This document shows, piece after piece, positions 29,382 to 41,600 of a stretch of DNA of 64,000 bases (position 1 is its first letter; each line of letters begins with the position of its first letter). The DNA comes from Andalucia godoyi And28 (taxonomy: Eukaryota; Protista; Jakobida). The translations under genes and the position numbers were made by a program. The notes beneath the pieces were generated by a model. The model did no database searches. It had not been told where the DNA came from and saw only the letters and a list, made by a program, of their open reading frames with translations. Location: contig VRVR01000040.1 in NCBI GenBank assembly GCA_009859145.1, forward strand, positions 1 through 64,000, in the 5' to 3' direction.

Positions 29382-30725
29382 ATGGCGGAAGACCCTGTTG
29401 AGCATGTGCTGTTTCTTGAGTCGATCATCTCAGGACTGCGCTCCGAGAAGAAAGAACCAGAAGCGCTCCCATTTGCCGAGCAAGCATTGCAGCTTCGCCT
29501 CGAAGTCTACGGACCAGCGCATGCCGACACGATGAAAGCATGCGAATCGTATATTCTAATGTGCAACTCAATCGCTATGGGGGCATTGGCCGCCCAGAAA
29601 CACGAAGAGTGCTACAAACTGCTGAAAAGGGCAGAAACGCTGTCGCATCCCGAATTTGGATCTATGCCGCAAGATGCAGATTCGCACGGACGAAGACTGC
29701 GAGCGCGTGCTATCACGCTGAACAATCTTGCTTGCTACTTCCGAGAGAGAGGAAAGCTCCACGCTGCGTTGTTGTACTTGGACGAGGCGCTGCATCTGGA
29801 ACTGACGTTTTTCAGCCACTTTCCACTCTCTCCTCTTCCTCCTGCCGACTTGATGCAGTGCGCAGACGAGTCGTCGCTTGGCGAAGAAGGAGAAGGACCG
29901 AAGACCGCGCGTACCGCATCGAATTCATCCTCGGACCTGTCTGTCGCTTCGTCTGCATCCTCTCCGAAATCTGGCAACTCTGCTGCAGCTTCGCAGCCTC
30001 GGTTCCGACCAAATCAGCAACTTGCATCCACATACCTCAACTTGGCAGTCGTGTTGTCACAATTAAATAGACATGATGACGCATTGAGACATGTGTGCAA
30101 GGCCGTGGGTGTATTGTTTGGGTTCGATACAGTGCAAGTGGACTCGTCGTTCAAATTTCAGCAGCATCATGAACAAGAGCAAGAACAGCATCAACATCCG
30201 CATCAGCAATCGTGGGCTCCGCAGTCAAGCCGAACCTCCGCGCTCGGTAGCTCGCATAGCAATGCTCCATCGTTCAGCTCGGTGCTCCGCCTTGCACTTC
30301 CAGAAATCGCAGATATCCCTGTCGCCGATGATCATTCCCTCGTGTGTGCAACGCTGTACAACTTGGGAGTAGAGCTGGAGTTCTGCAGGAGGTTGGTAGA
30401 TGCGTTTGTGGCATATCGGCTCGGAGCAAAGTACGCGGAAAGGTATCTCGGGATGGAAAATCCGCTTTCCAGTCAGCTGCTGTCTTCTCTGGGGCATCTT
30501 GGCCAAGTGCTCAAGATCCCCGTGCCGAAACTATCTTCTACCAAACAACCACCGACTTCTCCGCCTCACATTCTTTCTCGCGGTTCGTCCGTTGAGGCCA
30601 ACATTCTACAGAATCAGCGCGTTCCATCCAAGTCCCGCACGGTTCCTCTTGTCCCGGCTCCTCCGTCAACTGCCGGAACTGTGGATCCGAGCCAACCTTC
30701 TTCGTTTCGACGACGAAGAACCTGA
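29382..30725 (+). CDS. TPR-repeat protein
   Basis: ATG 29382; TPR-like helices ([72 protein letters not shown]). Confidence 0.8.
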   Translation: MAEDPVEHVLFLESIISGLRSEKKEPEALPFAEQALQLRLEVYGPAHADTMKACESYILMCNSIAMGALAAQKHEECYKLLKRAETLSHPEFGSMPQDADSHGRRLRARAITLNNLACYFRERGKLHAALLYLDEALHLELTFFSHFPLSPLPPADLMQCADESSLGEEGEGPKTARTASNSSSDLSVASSASSPKSGNSAAASQPRFRPNQQLASTYLNLAVVLSQLNRHDDALRHVCKAVGVLFGFDTVQVDSSFKFQQHHEQEQEQHQHPHQQSWAPQSSRTSALGSSHSNAPSFSSVLRLALPEIADIPVADDHSLVCATLYNLGVELEFCRRLVDAFVAYRLGAKYAERYLGMENPLSSQLLSSLGHLGQVLKIPVPKLSSTKQPPTSPPHILSRGSSVEANILQNQRVPSKSRTVPLVPAPPSTAGTVDPSQPSSFRRRRT

Positions 30726-31011
30726 TTGCCCATTGCACACACACACACACACACATACACACACGCACGCATGCACACACATGTTCGCCCTCCACACGAC
30801 CACTCCCGCCGCCCCCATTTTCTTTATCATAATTGTCTATTTGTTTTTCGTTTTTTATTTATATATTTTTTATTTATATATTTTTTCAATGTCCGCATCG
30901 CGCTGGAGGCACAGTGACAAGCTGCTGTAATGAAAACGATCCTCAGAAGCTCACGTACGTCTCGTTCATAGAGCCTCACCGAGAAAAAAGGCGAGTTTTT
31001 CCTTGGGTCGT

Positions 31012-31071
31012 TGGCTTTGGCTTTGGCTTTGGCTTTGGCTTTGGCTTTGGCTTTGGCTTTGGCTTTGGCTT
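31012..31071 (+). repeat. (TTGGCT)n hexamer repeat
   Basis: Visible tandem array, intergenic. Confidence 0.9.
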
Positions 31072-31286
31072 TCGTCTTCCGTTTTGTTTTGATTATTTAT
31101 GCAGATCAATTATTGTGTTCTGACAATTGCAATTACCATTTTATAAATTTTTATAATTTTTTTTATAAACAGTATTGTTTCCTACTTTTTGGATTGGAAG
31201 CATTCTTCTATACTACTTCTTCTTCTTTTTGTAACAGTGGTGTGGGAAACAAGAACCGAGGGGGAAGAAAAAGATAATTACGTGAG

Positions 31287-32825
31287 ATGTCGACTCCGAT
31301 TGATGAGAAAGTGTCTGACCTGAGTGTATCCGGAGGTGTCGAGGCTGGCGAGTCCGGAGAGCTGTCGAAGAGCGCTGCGAAGAAGCTTGCGAAGCTCCAA
31401 GCTCTGGAGGAGAAGAAAAAGGCTGCGGAGGAGAAGAAGGCTGCGGAGCGAGCAGAGATTGAGGCGCGTCGTCGTGCTGAAGCCGCGAGCATTGTGGTCA
31501 AGGACGATGAGAGCCTGGGACCGGCGACTCGCATCAAGCTCATGGATGCATCGACGCACGTCGGCCAGCGTGTGCAGCTGAATGGATGGGTGCACCGTCT
31601 TCGCCAGCAAGGGAAAATCATGTTTGTCGTCCTCCGTGACGGAACCGGGTATGCGCAGGTTGTCCTTTCGGGAGATCTTGCAAGGTGTTTCGATGCGGTG
31701 GAGCTGCGCCTGGAGGCGACCATCGAAGTGAAGGGCATCCTCAAACAGGAGGAGCGTGCGGAGGGGGGCTTTGAAGTCTCCGCAGACTATTTCACGACGA
31801 TAGGTGCAACCAATGGAGAGTTTGAGACGATCCTCGCGCCGGATTCCAGCCCGTTTGTGCTGCAGGATCAGCGCCACTTGGTCATCCGCGGAACAAACGC
31901 CTCGAACTTCTTGCGACTGAGGTGTATTGCAACGCATGCGTTCCGAGAGCACTTCTTTTCCAAGAGCTATGTCGAAGTCACGCCGCCGACACTTGTTCAG
32001 ACGATGTGCGAAGGAGGCTCCACGCTGTTCAAGCTGACGTACTACGGCGAGCCTGCGTACATGACCCAGTCATCACAGCTTTATCTCGAGACTTGCATTC
32101 CGTCGCTGGGAAACGTCTTTTGCATCATGCCTTCGTATCGAGCAGAAAAGTCGTCCACGCGTCGGCATCTTTCCGAGTACACGCATGTCGAGGCCGAACT
32201 TCCGTTCATCTCGTTTGAGGATCTCCTCCAAACCATTGAGAACCTCGTGTGTGACGTCGTGGACCGTGTTCGTGCCAAGGCACCCGAGCTGTTGGCTGCG
32301 CTGAACCCGGGTCTTCCTGTATTGAAGCGTCCGTTCAAGCGGATGACGTACGAGGACGCAGTCGCATTTTGCCGAGAGCATCTGATTTACAAGAACGAAG
32401 ACACCAAGGAGTTTTTCGAGTTCGGAGACGATATTCCCGAGGCTCCGGAGCGCAAGATGGTAGACATGATCGGAGAACCAGTGCTCATGTGCAAGTTCCC
32501 GGCTGAGATGAAGGCGTTCTACATGCAGAAGTGCGCAGATGACCGGCGATTGACAGAATCGGTGGATCTGCTGATGCCCGGCATCGGAGAAATCGTCGGA
32601 GGCTCCATGCGTATGTGGGATTACAAGGAACTTATGGAGGCTTATGCACGCGAAGGTATTGATCCGTCCCCTTACTACTGGTACACGGACCAACGCAAGT
32701 TCGGAACATGCCCTCATGGAGGCTATGGTCTTGGATTGGAGCGGTTCATGATGTGGCTGGCAAACGTCGACCATATCCGAGATACATGCCTGTATCCCAG
32801 ATATATGGGCCGCTGCAAACCATAA
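31287..32825 (+). CDS. NARS: asparaginyl-tRNA synthetase (cytosolic)
   Basis: GWVHRLR, FVVLRDGTG, YMTQSSQLYLE, YRAEKSSTRRHLSEYTHVEAE, HGGYGLGLERF...YPRYMGRCKP. Confidence 0.95.
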   Translation: MSTPIDEKVSDLSVSGGVEAGESGELSKSAAKKLAKLQALEEKKKAAEEKKAAERAEIEARRRAEAASIVVKDDESLGPATRIKLMDASTHVGQRVQLNGWVHRLRQQGKIMFVVLRDGTGYAQVVLSGDLARCFDAVELRLEATIEVKGILKQEERAEGGFEVSADYFTTIGATNGEFETILAPDSSPFVLQDQRHLVIRGTNASNFLRLRCIATHAFREHFFSKSYVEVTPPTLVQTMCEGGSTLFKLTYYGEPAYMTQSSQLYLETCIPSLGNVFCIMPSYRAEKSSTRRHLSEYTHVEAELPFISFEDLLQTIENLVCDVVDRVRAKAPELLAALNPGLPVLKRPFKRMTYEDAVAFCREHLIYKNEDTKEFFEFGDDIPEAPERKMVDMIGEPVLMCKFPAEMKAFYMQKCADDRRLTESVDLLMPGIGEIVGGSMRMWDYKELMEAYAREGIDPSPYYWYTDQRKFGTCPHGGYGLGLERFMMWLANVDHIRDTCLYPRYMGRCKP

Positions 32826-32875
32826 AGAGGATCTCTAGTACGAAATTTTTCTCTTGTATTCTTATTCATTCATTT

Positions 32876-35800
32876 TCACACAGCTGTCTTGGAAAACAAG
32901 GTCTCAAGGGCAGCCAATGTCGCGACAGACGCCCTGCTTCGGACATGCGTCTCTGTCATCAGCACTGCTCGGTATTCTTCAAAGGAAAACTCTGCACCGG
33001 ATTCGGAGATCTGATGAATCAGTTCGTCCGGGTCGCGGATGTTGAGAAGCGCAAAATACCGACGCGTCCGGTCAAAGGGAGTTTCAGCAGACAAGCGGTT
33101 TGCACCGGTACCACCAAGCAGACCAGAACCTCCAAGAACACCCATCGCATAACCGGTCATGGCGATGAGATTCTGCTGAAGAGCATAGATGTTGCGGTCC
33201 ATTTTCTTTAGGCCATTTGCATTGAACCGCGGCCCGGCCCCTTGCGCATTTATGGCAGCCAGATCGCGAACGGCTGCTGCAGATGCCGACACAGACTTTC
33301 GACTGTCCGCGATTGCAACAGACTTTCGATAATCTGCGGAAGATCCATTCGACAGAAGAGGCAGACTGGGAATCATCTGGCGCAAAGAGCCTTGAAAAAT
33401 GGATGCAAGCAGTTCTGGCAAGCCCGCCATGAGGAAAATGACACCGCCCGGAGCTGCCGGAAGAACGGATATAATCGACTCTTGCACGTGCTGTAAATCA
33501 CGATTCAGTGCCACCACAAAATCATCGGGTTCTGAAGGTTCTTCGTCAATCCAGTAGGAAGCAGTCTTTGAGAGGTTCTGCAGACAATGAGAGGTGCACC
33601 GAGCACGGAGATCCACCTTCAGTGTGAACAAACAGCGGTCCGACAGCAGCGAAAAGTCTTCATAGAAGCGTCGAAGTCGAGGAAACCGATCAAGGAACTG
33701 TCCAATGTATGTGATTCCGTTCGAGGGAGGCTGCGGAGGAGTGCCAGTGTTGGTCTTTCGCCAGATGCTCGCGATTTGTGCGGACGAGGGATTGGACGCA
33801 CTCTGTTGGTTCGCAGAGTTGGAGTCGGGCGCCTTGCCGACGTCCACAACGGACGGCCGCCTTGCTGCAGATGCCGCAAGCGACTTTGAAGTTGCCGACG
33901 AGGACGACAAACCAACACCGTGATTCTTCCACGCTGTCCGAGCGAGATAAAATGCACGAGAAACAGCATTGTTCGAGGAAGTCGAAGAACCACCACCCCC
34001 GCCACCACCGCCGTTACTGCTGCTCGTCGAGAAGCTGCCAGATGCCAGATCATCTCGAATGACTTCCAGAATCGCATCATCATACTGGGGAACATGCGCA
34101 AACCGCGTTCCGAGCAACACCAGCTGCGAAGACAGCCAGCGAAGAGAGACCGTTAGGGATGCCAGCAAATGCACACGCGCAGCGTCCGCAACAATTCGTG
34201 AGCGTGCAATTGCAGACGGAGTATAGAACGTGGTGTCCACCAAACCAGAAATCAGCTTCTCTGATTGCTTGAGCTTCTCCTGAGGGATCGGATCTGACAG
34301 TAGCTGCGTGCCTTTCACAACTTTGGATACATGATGCGCGCCAACGAATCCTGAATACGCACCAGCATTACTTCCGGAGCTGTGTGGGTGAAAATGAGAA
34401 AAGTTTAGCTGGTGCTGGAGCTGAACGGAAGAGAGCAGTCTACGGGGTAAGTACCCGTAGAATGGATCCGAGCGCAGAGTCGCAATCAATTCAGGATCCG
34501 AGCTCATATCCCATCCCCACGCATCTCCAGCAGCGAACTGGCATTTCTTGAAGATTTCCCGGAGCGAGGTCTCGAGAACGGGTTCCATCACAACATGCAC
34601 AATCTCAGATGCATAGGACGGAAGCCTTGCAGTCATGGACCACAAGTCGACGTACACCAGCTCCCATAAAGACAGAATGCCAGGTAAAACTTTCGATTCG
34701 GGATCAATCGGCAGCACAGACATATCAAGAGCACCAGACGTTGTCATCGCAGCATTGGAAAGGGACGGGCTGAGGTTCATCAGCAACGGAAAAGGCGTTG
34801 GTGGCTGCCCGCTGGAAACCGTCGCAGATTCTCGTGGACGAAACCCGTCCATTGATTTCAGAAGAATACGGTCGCACCGCATTCTTGCGTCCAGCTTCAG
34901 TTTTGGCAAGAAAATTCGTTGGACAAACGAGTCAAGAAAGAGCTCCAACTGTGATTTCGAAATGGTCTGTCCGGGAACTATCATGAACTTCGAACATTTT
35001 CGAGAAAAGAGAGAAATGTCGACAAACACTCCCAACACATTGTACACAGAAGGAGGAGCATAATGGCGGAGCATTCGATGGAAAGAAGCATCCTTCTTGT
35101 CCTTTCGATCATCGACGGACGATTGGCTGGAGACGGAAGGGGATTGCAGACCAGGTCCCTGATCAGGCCGATCCTTGTCTGTGCCAGCGCCGCCGCCACC
35201 GCCACCCGATTTAGAGGAAGGCGGCGAAAAGACGGTGGAAGAATACTTTGAGTCCGAACGATCGAACGTCTTCGAGCTTGATTCATTGAATGAGAATCGC
35301 ATGGAAGCAGATCCCGAAGTGGACGAAGCGTCAGTGTAGTGATCCGACCGTGCTTGCACCACAATAACATCTGGACGAGTGTCGAGAAGCTCGACGAGAA
35401 ACGCTTGAAATTCGCTCTGCATTAGTGTCCATACATTCCGCGGATTCAGAATACTTTCTGCGGAACTGCTCGCACCCGACGCCGACGCCGCGCCGCTTGA
35501 TGTGACTAGCCCAAGACAAGATCGCACAATCTCAACAAAATCCGATCGATCCTTGTCAAAAAGCCGCTCCCAAGAGCTGTCGTTCTTGTCGTACAAGCTG
35601 AGATACTCGGCCTTGAGAGTGGCCTCAAAAATAGAAAACAAGTCTTGAACGAGAAAACCAGCCTTCCCATCCGATGCTTGCGTTGCGTGCTGCGCAGTCC
35701 AGAGATTGGGGCGCTCGAGGAATGTGGTCCTGAATTGTACCAATGCTCGCTGGTTCGGCGTCCCTTCGTCCAATTCTTCTTCTCGTGACTGAATCTTCGA

Positions 35801-38083
35801 TGAAAGCAATGGCTTAAACTGGGACATTTCGTCCTTTGTGAGCACATTCTTCTTCTTCTTGTCAGAGCCTGCAAAGTCATCTCGCGGCCTTGTAATATGC
35901 ACAACCAACCGATGAATTCGTCGCAGGATAGAGTAGTACCGCAGGCAAACGACAGAAGTGAACTTTCGAAGTCTGCATTCGTGGAGGTTGCCAGGAAGAA
36001 ACCGTTTGAGAGACCCTCCTCTTTCGTCTCCGACAATTTCCCATTCATTGTCTTGCCCATTTTCAACATCAAACGCGTCGAGCACGCTGCTGAAGAACTC
36101 GTCGTCGTCTTCCTCCTGAAGAGACAGAAAATCCTCGAGACGGAGGACGGAAGAGCACTCCCGCAGAGTGCTCAGGATGACCCCACGAAGATCCCCCTTC
36201 ATTGTTTTCCAAACGGCAGCAGAGGCATCCTCGACTCGTCCCAGCATGCGGAGTGCTTCTACTTGTTCTTCCACTTCCTCGTCATTCTCAAAAACGCGCG
36301 ACGATAGTCCTCTGATGGCCGATTGCTGCAAACCACTGGTCTGACCTTCCACAGTGGTTCTTCGAATCGGATCCACCGAGAAAACTGCCCGCTGCAATTG
36401 GTTAATCATTTTTTCCACCATATCTTCTCGGACTTCCTTCATCTCGTCACGGATATCACGAAGCGCCCGGATCGGATGCAGTTCAGGAGAGTCCAGTCCC
36501 TGAATTGTGACGAGCAACAGCGAGGCTGCACGCTTCCATTCTCGTTTTTCCAAGGCCTGCTTGACATGATCGGGGGCCTCGCACAATTCCTGCACTTGTT
36601 GCAAAATTTGCAAGCATCGAGATACATGAACTGACTGCAGCCACAGCGACCTAAGATCGTCCTGCTGCGCCGAAAGAATCGTTCGGGTCTTGACAGAATT
36701 GTTGTTTCGAAGTCCGCCAACAATGTTCTTTGCATCGTCCATTTTCGCCATCATTTGTGAAAAGTACCCAATCGAGGCGGAGAACGCTCCGTAATGAGAC
36801 GTGACGAGAGCATTCACAGTGCGATCTGCAACTGCAAAATGTCGAAGAGACTCTGCAAGCTTCTTCTCCCGGTCCTTGTTGGAAAGGATCTCCATTACAA
36901 AGGGAATGGGGTCAAAGTCCTTGGGGTCCGCAATATACACTCTTGGAACGCTGTCCATATCCTTCAGCATCGCACGCAGCCTTTCTCTGGGTATTGTCTG
37001 GGCAGGTGCATCCGCTCGCGCATCCGGAGGCGGCATGGGCAACTCTGCAGTCTCTGCAAGCTCTTCTAAGCGCTCCTTTCCCGATGCGATTCTCGCAGAA
37101 AGCGAAAAGTCCGGGTCATCATTCAGCAAGTGCGAAAAATCAAGCTCGTCGAGTTTCTCGACCTCATTTTCATCTTCGCCGTCTTCGTCGCTACCACTGC
37201 GTCCACGCCGACGGCCCGCTCCTGCCTTCGTCTTGCCAGATCTGCCAGCATTTGCATACCCACCACCGCCACCATCCTCCTCCTCCTCTCCCGACTCTAC
37301 CTGTTTCGGCTCTTCCGTGAACATTACGCTCCCTTTTCTCGCTCCTGCAACTCGAGACCGGATTCTCGAGCCACCCGACGCCTCGGAATCCTCCATGCCA
37401 CTGCTATTTTTTATCTTGCTGATGTTTGACCGAACCTTCGACCAACTGCCTCCACCTGAGCCTTGCGCTGTCTCGTTTTTCTGCTGCTGCAACTTGGATT
37501 TGTATCGCGGATGTGGCTCCGCACCACCACCGTCGTCATCCCCGTCTTCCTCCGCGTCCTCCTCTTCATGACGATCACGGGCGCCTGTACGGCTGCGGTG
37601 GGCATCATCGTCATCATCATGGTCATCATTACCATTACCATCACCATCACCATCACCATCACCATCACCATCACCATGGTCACGGCCACTGTCCCGGTTT
37701 CTAGCTTTCGATCGCGACGGCCCATCTCGACTTCGAAGAGAAGACGTCGACCCCACAAACGTATTTCGACGAGTCAACGGCCCACCATGGTCTGCATCGT
37801 CACCATCATCTGCATCTCCGCCATGATTACCACCACCGTCGTCATTGTCGTCGTCATATTGAAACCTACTTGCTCCACCTGCTCGATCTTTTCGTCCCGC
37901 AAACGAAGCCGATCCTGCCGATCCCTTCAATGACGCAAGACTCGCTGGAGGCACAGGCTCTTCATCCAGTAACGACCGTCCGGGCTTCAGCTGGATCTCC
38001 GGCGCCTCATCATCTCGATCTCGATCTCGAAGCAAGCGCCGATGACGACTTGCCGCCGTTGTATTCCGATATCCCGACCTCAT
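32876..38083 (-). CDS. EXOC4: exocyst complex component 4 (Sec8) with long acidic N-terminal extension
   Basis: Sec8 N-domain (LVTSHYGAFSASIGYFSQM...LRSLWLQS...APDHVKQAL) and C-terminal RFNANGLKKMDRNIYALQQNL...FDRTRRYFALLN. Confidence 0.85.
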   Translation of the reverse strand: MRSGYRNTTAASRHRRLLRDRDRDDEAPEIQLKPGRSLLDEEPVPPASLASLKGSAGSASFAGRKDRAGGASRFQYDDDNDDGGGNHGGDADDGDDADHGGPLTRRNTFVGSTSSLRSRDGPSRSKARNRDSGRDHGDGDGDGDGDGDGNGNDDHDDDDDAHRSRTGARDRHEEEDAEEDGDDDGGGAEPHPRYKSKLQQQKNETAQGSGGGSWSKVRSNISKIKNSSGMEDSEASGGSRIRSRVAGARKGSVMFTEEPKQVESGEEEEDGGGGGYANAGRSGKTKAGAGRRRGRSGSDEDGEDENEVEKLDELDFSHLLNDDPDFSLSARIASGKERLEELAETAELPMPPPDARADAPAQTIPRERLRAMLKDMDSVPRVYIADPKDFDPIPFVMEILSNKDREKKLAESLRHFAVADRTVNALVTSHYGAFSASIGYFSQMMAKMDDAKNIVGGLRNNNSVKTRTILSAQQDDLRSLWLQSVHVSRCLQILQQVQELCEAPDHVKQALEKREWKRAASLLLVTIQGLDSPELHPIRALRDIRDEMKEVREDMVEKMINQLQRAVFSVDPIRRTTVEGQTSGLQQSAIRGLSSRVFENDEEVEEQVEALRMLGRVEDASAAVWKTMKGDLRGVILSTLRECSSVLRLEDFLSLQEEDDDEFFSSVLDAFDVENGQDNEWEIVGDERGGSLKRFLPGNLHECRLRKFTSVVCLRYYSILRRIHRLVVHITRPRDDFAGSDKKKKNVLTKDEMSQFKPLLSSKIQSREEELDEGTPNQRALVQFRTTFLERPNLWTAQHATQASDGKAGFLVQDLFSIFEATLKAEYLSLYDKNDSSWERLFDKDRSDFVEIVRSCLGLVTSSGAASASGASSSAESILNPRNVWTLMQSEFQAFLVELLDTRPDVIVVQARSDHYTDASSTSGSASMRFSFNESSSKTFDRSDSKYSSTVFSPPSSKSGGGGGGAGTDKDRPDQGPGLQSPSVSSQSSVDDRKDKKDASFHRMLRHYAPPSVYNVLGVFVDISLFSRKCSKFMIVPGQTISKSQLELFLDSFVQRIFLPKLKLDARMRCDRILLKSMDGFRPRESATVSSGQPPTPFPLLMNLSPSLSNAAMTTSGALDMSVLPIDPESKVLPGILSLWELVYVDLWSMTARLPSYASEIVHVVMEPVLETSLREIFKKCQFAAGDAWGWDMSSDPELIATLRSDPFYGYLPRRLLSSVQLQHQLNFSHFHPHSSGSNAGAYSGFVGAHHVSKVVKGTQLLSDPIPQEKLKQSEKLISGLVDTTFYTPSAIARSRIVADAARVHLLASLTVSLRWLSSQLVLLGTRFAHVPQYDDAILEVIRDDLASGSFSTSSSNGGGGGGGGSSTSSNNAVSRAFYLARTAWKNHGVGLSSSSATSKSLAASAARRPSVVDVGKAPDSNSANQQSASNPSSAQIASIWRKTNTGTPPQPPSNGITYIGQFLDRFPRLRRFYEDFSLLSDRCLFTLKVDLRARCTSHCLQNLSKTASYWIDEEPSEPDDFVVALNRDLQHVQESIISVLPAAPGGVIFLMAGLPELLASIFQGSLRQMIPSLPLLSNGSSADYRKSVAIADSRKSVSASAAAVRDLAAINAQGAGPRFNANGLKKMDRNIYALQQNLIAMTGYAMGVLGGSGLLGGTGANRLSAETPFDRTRRYFALLNIRDPDELIHQISESGAEFSFEEYRAVLMTETHVRSRASVATLAALETLFSKTAV

Positions 38084-38653
38084 AATGCAATGCCCCAACA
38101 CACTTTTTTCGTCCCTACGTCTCTTTTCGTTCACTAAAATCTATACAATGATCCTCTCTTGAATTTTTTCCTGCTTCAAAAATTAATAATAATTAACAAA
38201 AACAATCTCACTCGATGAAAACAGCGTCTCGATCTCATGAAAAATAAAAGACGACGACGAGCTTCGAATGCAAATTTGCCGGACCATTTCCCCCACAATT
38301 GATATAGACGAAATGAATCGCAGGTTAGCGGATCGGAGGATACCGAGGACTTTCCCGCGAACGTTAATTTTTTTCTCCTATTGAATTTTCTGTTTTCGTT
38401 TTGTTAATTATATTTTATCATAATAATATTTTTCTTGGCAAACTCGTGTCTTGAAAAAAGCGTGTTTTCCCATTATTTTCTCCATTTTTCCTGCTTTCCT
38501 TCTGCGCTTCTTCTTTCCATTGCTTCATATATTTTTCTTCCGTCTAATTTTTCTCGTCATTTATCCACACATTTTCTCGTCTCCCTACATTTTCACTGTA
38601 TCTGCACGGCATACAAAAAGAAAAAGAAAAAAAAACGAGTCTTACCTGGAAGC

Positions 38654-41600
38654 ATGTCTGCGATGAACACATCGACGGACAAGCTACGCCAGCTTCGCGA
38701 GCTTGCAGACGACATGCATTCGAGAGTGCATGCGCTTTCACAACGGAAAATCGCACAGCCATCGCACTCCATCTCTTCCACGCCTCGCTTTTCACCATCG
38801 AGGTCAGCTTCCAGAAGGTATGATTGCTTGCTGTTTGTTGTTTTGTTTTTCGGTCTTCTTCGCACAATGTTCGTTCGCTGTGTACAATCAGTACGCTCTG
38901 ACTACGAGTTATAATGCGCCTTCTTCTTCTTCTTCTTCTTCTTCTTCTTTGTATTGACAATTTTGTTTTGCCGTGGGGCTTTTTGGGGGGATAGACCGTC
39001 TCCTCGGCAAGCTGTGTTCTCACCGGAGCGTCCATCGTACAAAGGAGCTCCTAGATCGCTTGACGAGTATCTCAGCAAATATGATCATTCGGCTCCTGCA
39101 ACCGCATCTGCGCTTCCCACTGCTCGAGAACCGCGCAAGCTCACCGATGCCGATATCGACGTGCTCCTCAAGGCGTTTTCTTCTGAAAAGATCACTCCCC
39201 GAGTCGAGGCTGCCGCATCTCCGCCGAAGCGGTCCCTTGCGAATGATTCCATGATTCTGTTTCCTGTAGAAAACGACGCTGCCGCGGGGAAGGCGCCTGT
39301 ACGGGACATGATGCCTGTTCGAAGAAGAGACAGCACAGAAAGGCTGAGCGAACTTCTTGGGTCACGCGATCGATCGGTGGCGGTATCCTTGGAAACACGG
39401 CTTTCACGTGAGGGAGGGAAAGTCGTGCCCGCCATCGACTCGCTGGTCAGTCGAAAAGAGGAACGGACCGTAGAAACTGCGAATGAGAGCAAGGAGAAAT
39501 CCGGGAGCGAAAAGGAAGTGTCCAAGAAGAAGAGCAAGAATATTGCAAAAGCCAAAAACGAAAAGGAAAAGAGACACAAGCTCAAAAGCAAGAGCAAGGA
39601 CAAGGACAAGGACAAGGACAAGGACAAGGACACGGGTCGGGGAAAGAGAGTGGTTGGAAACAGCCTGTCCGATGACGGTTCGGATTCGGATATGTCCAGC
39701 GTTCCTGAAGAAAAGGTCTCTCGGAGCAGCCGTCGAATTCGGGAATTTGATCGGCGCATCAGCCTCTCCCATAAATCCAGGAGGACCCAAAACGATGATT
39801 CGTCGTCGTCGTCGTTGTCCGATTCGCGCTCTTCTGCGCTCTCAAGCTCGACTTCTCAGACAACGAGCGACTCGGATGCTACGGATGCATTAATTGACGA
39901 CTCTCGCAGACGTTCCAGCGTGTTTTCTCGAAGACATCCACTCCTGTCCAGCGTGAACACGAGTCTCCGACTGCCACCAGAAGCAGTGTCCGGACAAGGA
40001 CAAGGACAAGGACATCCGATACCCATCGACAGCTCGAGACTGTCTCAGGCGCCGTCCACAATTGCAAGTGTACCGCCTTTTGCGTACGATTCATGGGTCC
40101 CCCGCCAGCAAGATGTGAATGTTCCTTTCCTCCACCAGCACCATACGCAGCCTCCTGCGGGAATGGTGTCGGCTCCCAACGGACATGCTGCATCTGCTCT
40201 TGTTCCGCCGCCACTTCCTGCGCAGATTGCGCGAGCTGTCATTCCGCAGCAGCAATCGACTCCTCGGACGGAGGATGTTTCGGGCGAATTAAAAGATATG
40301 AAGGAAAATCAACGGCGTTTAGAGCATCGGTTTGACGAAACGTCTGTGCTGTTGAAGCAGATGCTCGAGGTTCTCGTTTCCCGCGAAGTTTCACAGGCTC
40401 AATACCGCGTCGAGGAACGTGCTTTGGGTGACGATGAACGTCGTATGAGATCTCGGTCGAAATCGCCTTCTAAGGAGGGGAGAAATCGTAGCCCAGAACG
40501 ACCTCCAAAATCGGAAGATAGAAAGAGAAGCCCAAAGAAAGATCGAGTCGGCCATCGGAATCTCATTACCATGGAAGCATCCGAGCTGGAAGATCTTGAA
40601 CGCATTATCCGCGAGAAAGTGTTATATGAAGAAGCAGAAAAACGTCGATTGGAGTATGAGGAGGAGCAGCGGAGGCTCGCCGAAGAAGAGAGTCGACTGG
40701 CCCGTTTCGCTCGAGAAGAAGAGGAACTGAGAGAAAGGCTTCGACTGGAAGAGGAGGAGAAGAACAGGAAGGAACAGGAGGAGGATGAAAAGATGAAACG
40801 CCTTCTGACGACTGTGGTATCAGAAGTCATGTCGAGGCTGGCTCCGCAGCCGCAGCCACAGCCACTGATTCCTCTTCGCACCTCTGCGGATGCGCAGGCA
40901 GTCGCATCCATCCCCGTTGCGGATGAAGAATCTTCTCGGATGGCGCACCATCAACAGCAGCAACATCAAGAGGAAGAAGGAGGAGGAGGGCGACAACTGA
41001 CGGCTGTCGAGGCTTCCTTGGAGGCTCCGAGCAAGCCTGCAATCGTTTCACAAGCTGATGTTGTTCCGCATGCGCCGGTTGCAATGTCTCGTGGACAAAA
41101 TGGTGTTTCCGCATCATCCACTGATATCAGCATTCGGTCCTCTTCTCCTACCGGCATGCTGATGTCAAATCCTGCCTTGCCTCCACAAATCATCCGGAAG
41201 GTCGTCGACGAAAGCGTTCTTCATGCATCACATTTGCCGAAAGCCTCGACGTTGCGCAGATCTCCAGGAACGTCCTCCTCCGCCGGGTCGTCCTTCCAGG
41301 CTTCGACTACCGGAACACACGCGTCGTCTCACTCTATGGCTCCAAGGGTTCGCATGCCCACGTCTCCCAAACGACTCAGCATCAGCGGCAGCTTGGTGGA
41401 AAAGGTGCACTCCTCGGACGCTAAATCGGTCCGCACGGCTCCTCCTCCTCCTCCTCCAGCAGCACCGGCGGTGCCTGTTGTCCAGCCGGATACAGTGTCG
41501 ACCGTTGATGGCCCTTCCAAGAAGGCGTCTTCTCCGAAATCAACGACTGCGGAAGCTGATCCGGCCGGCCGACGAGATGAACATACGCAAACTCCTGGGA

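Noticed and set aside
38641-38650. CTTACCTGG resembling the U1 snRNA 5' end
   Set aside because: No U1 stem-loops or Sm site follow; it sits directly before a host ATG.
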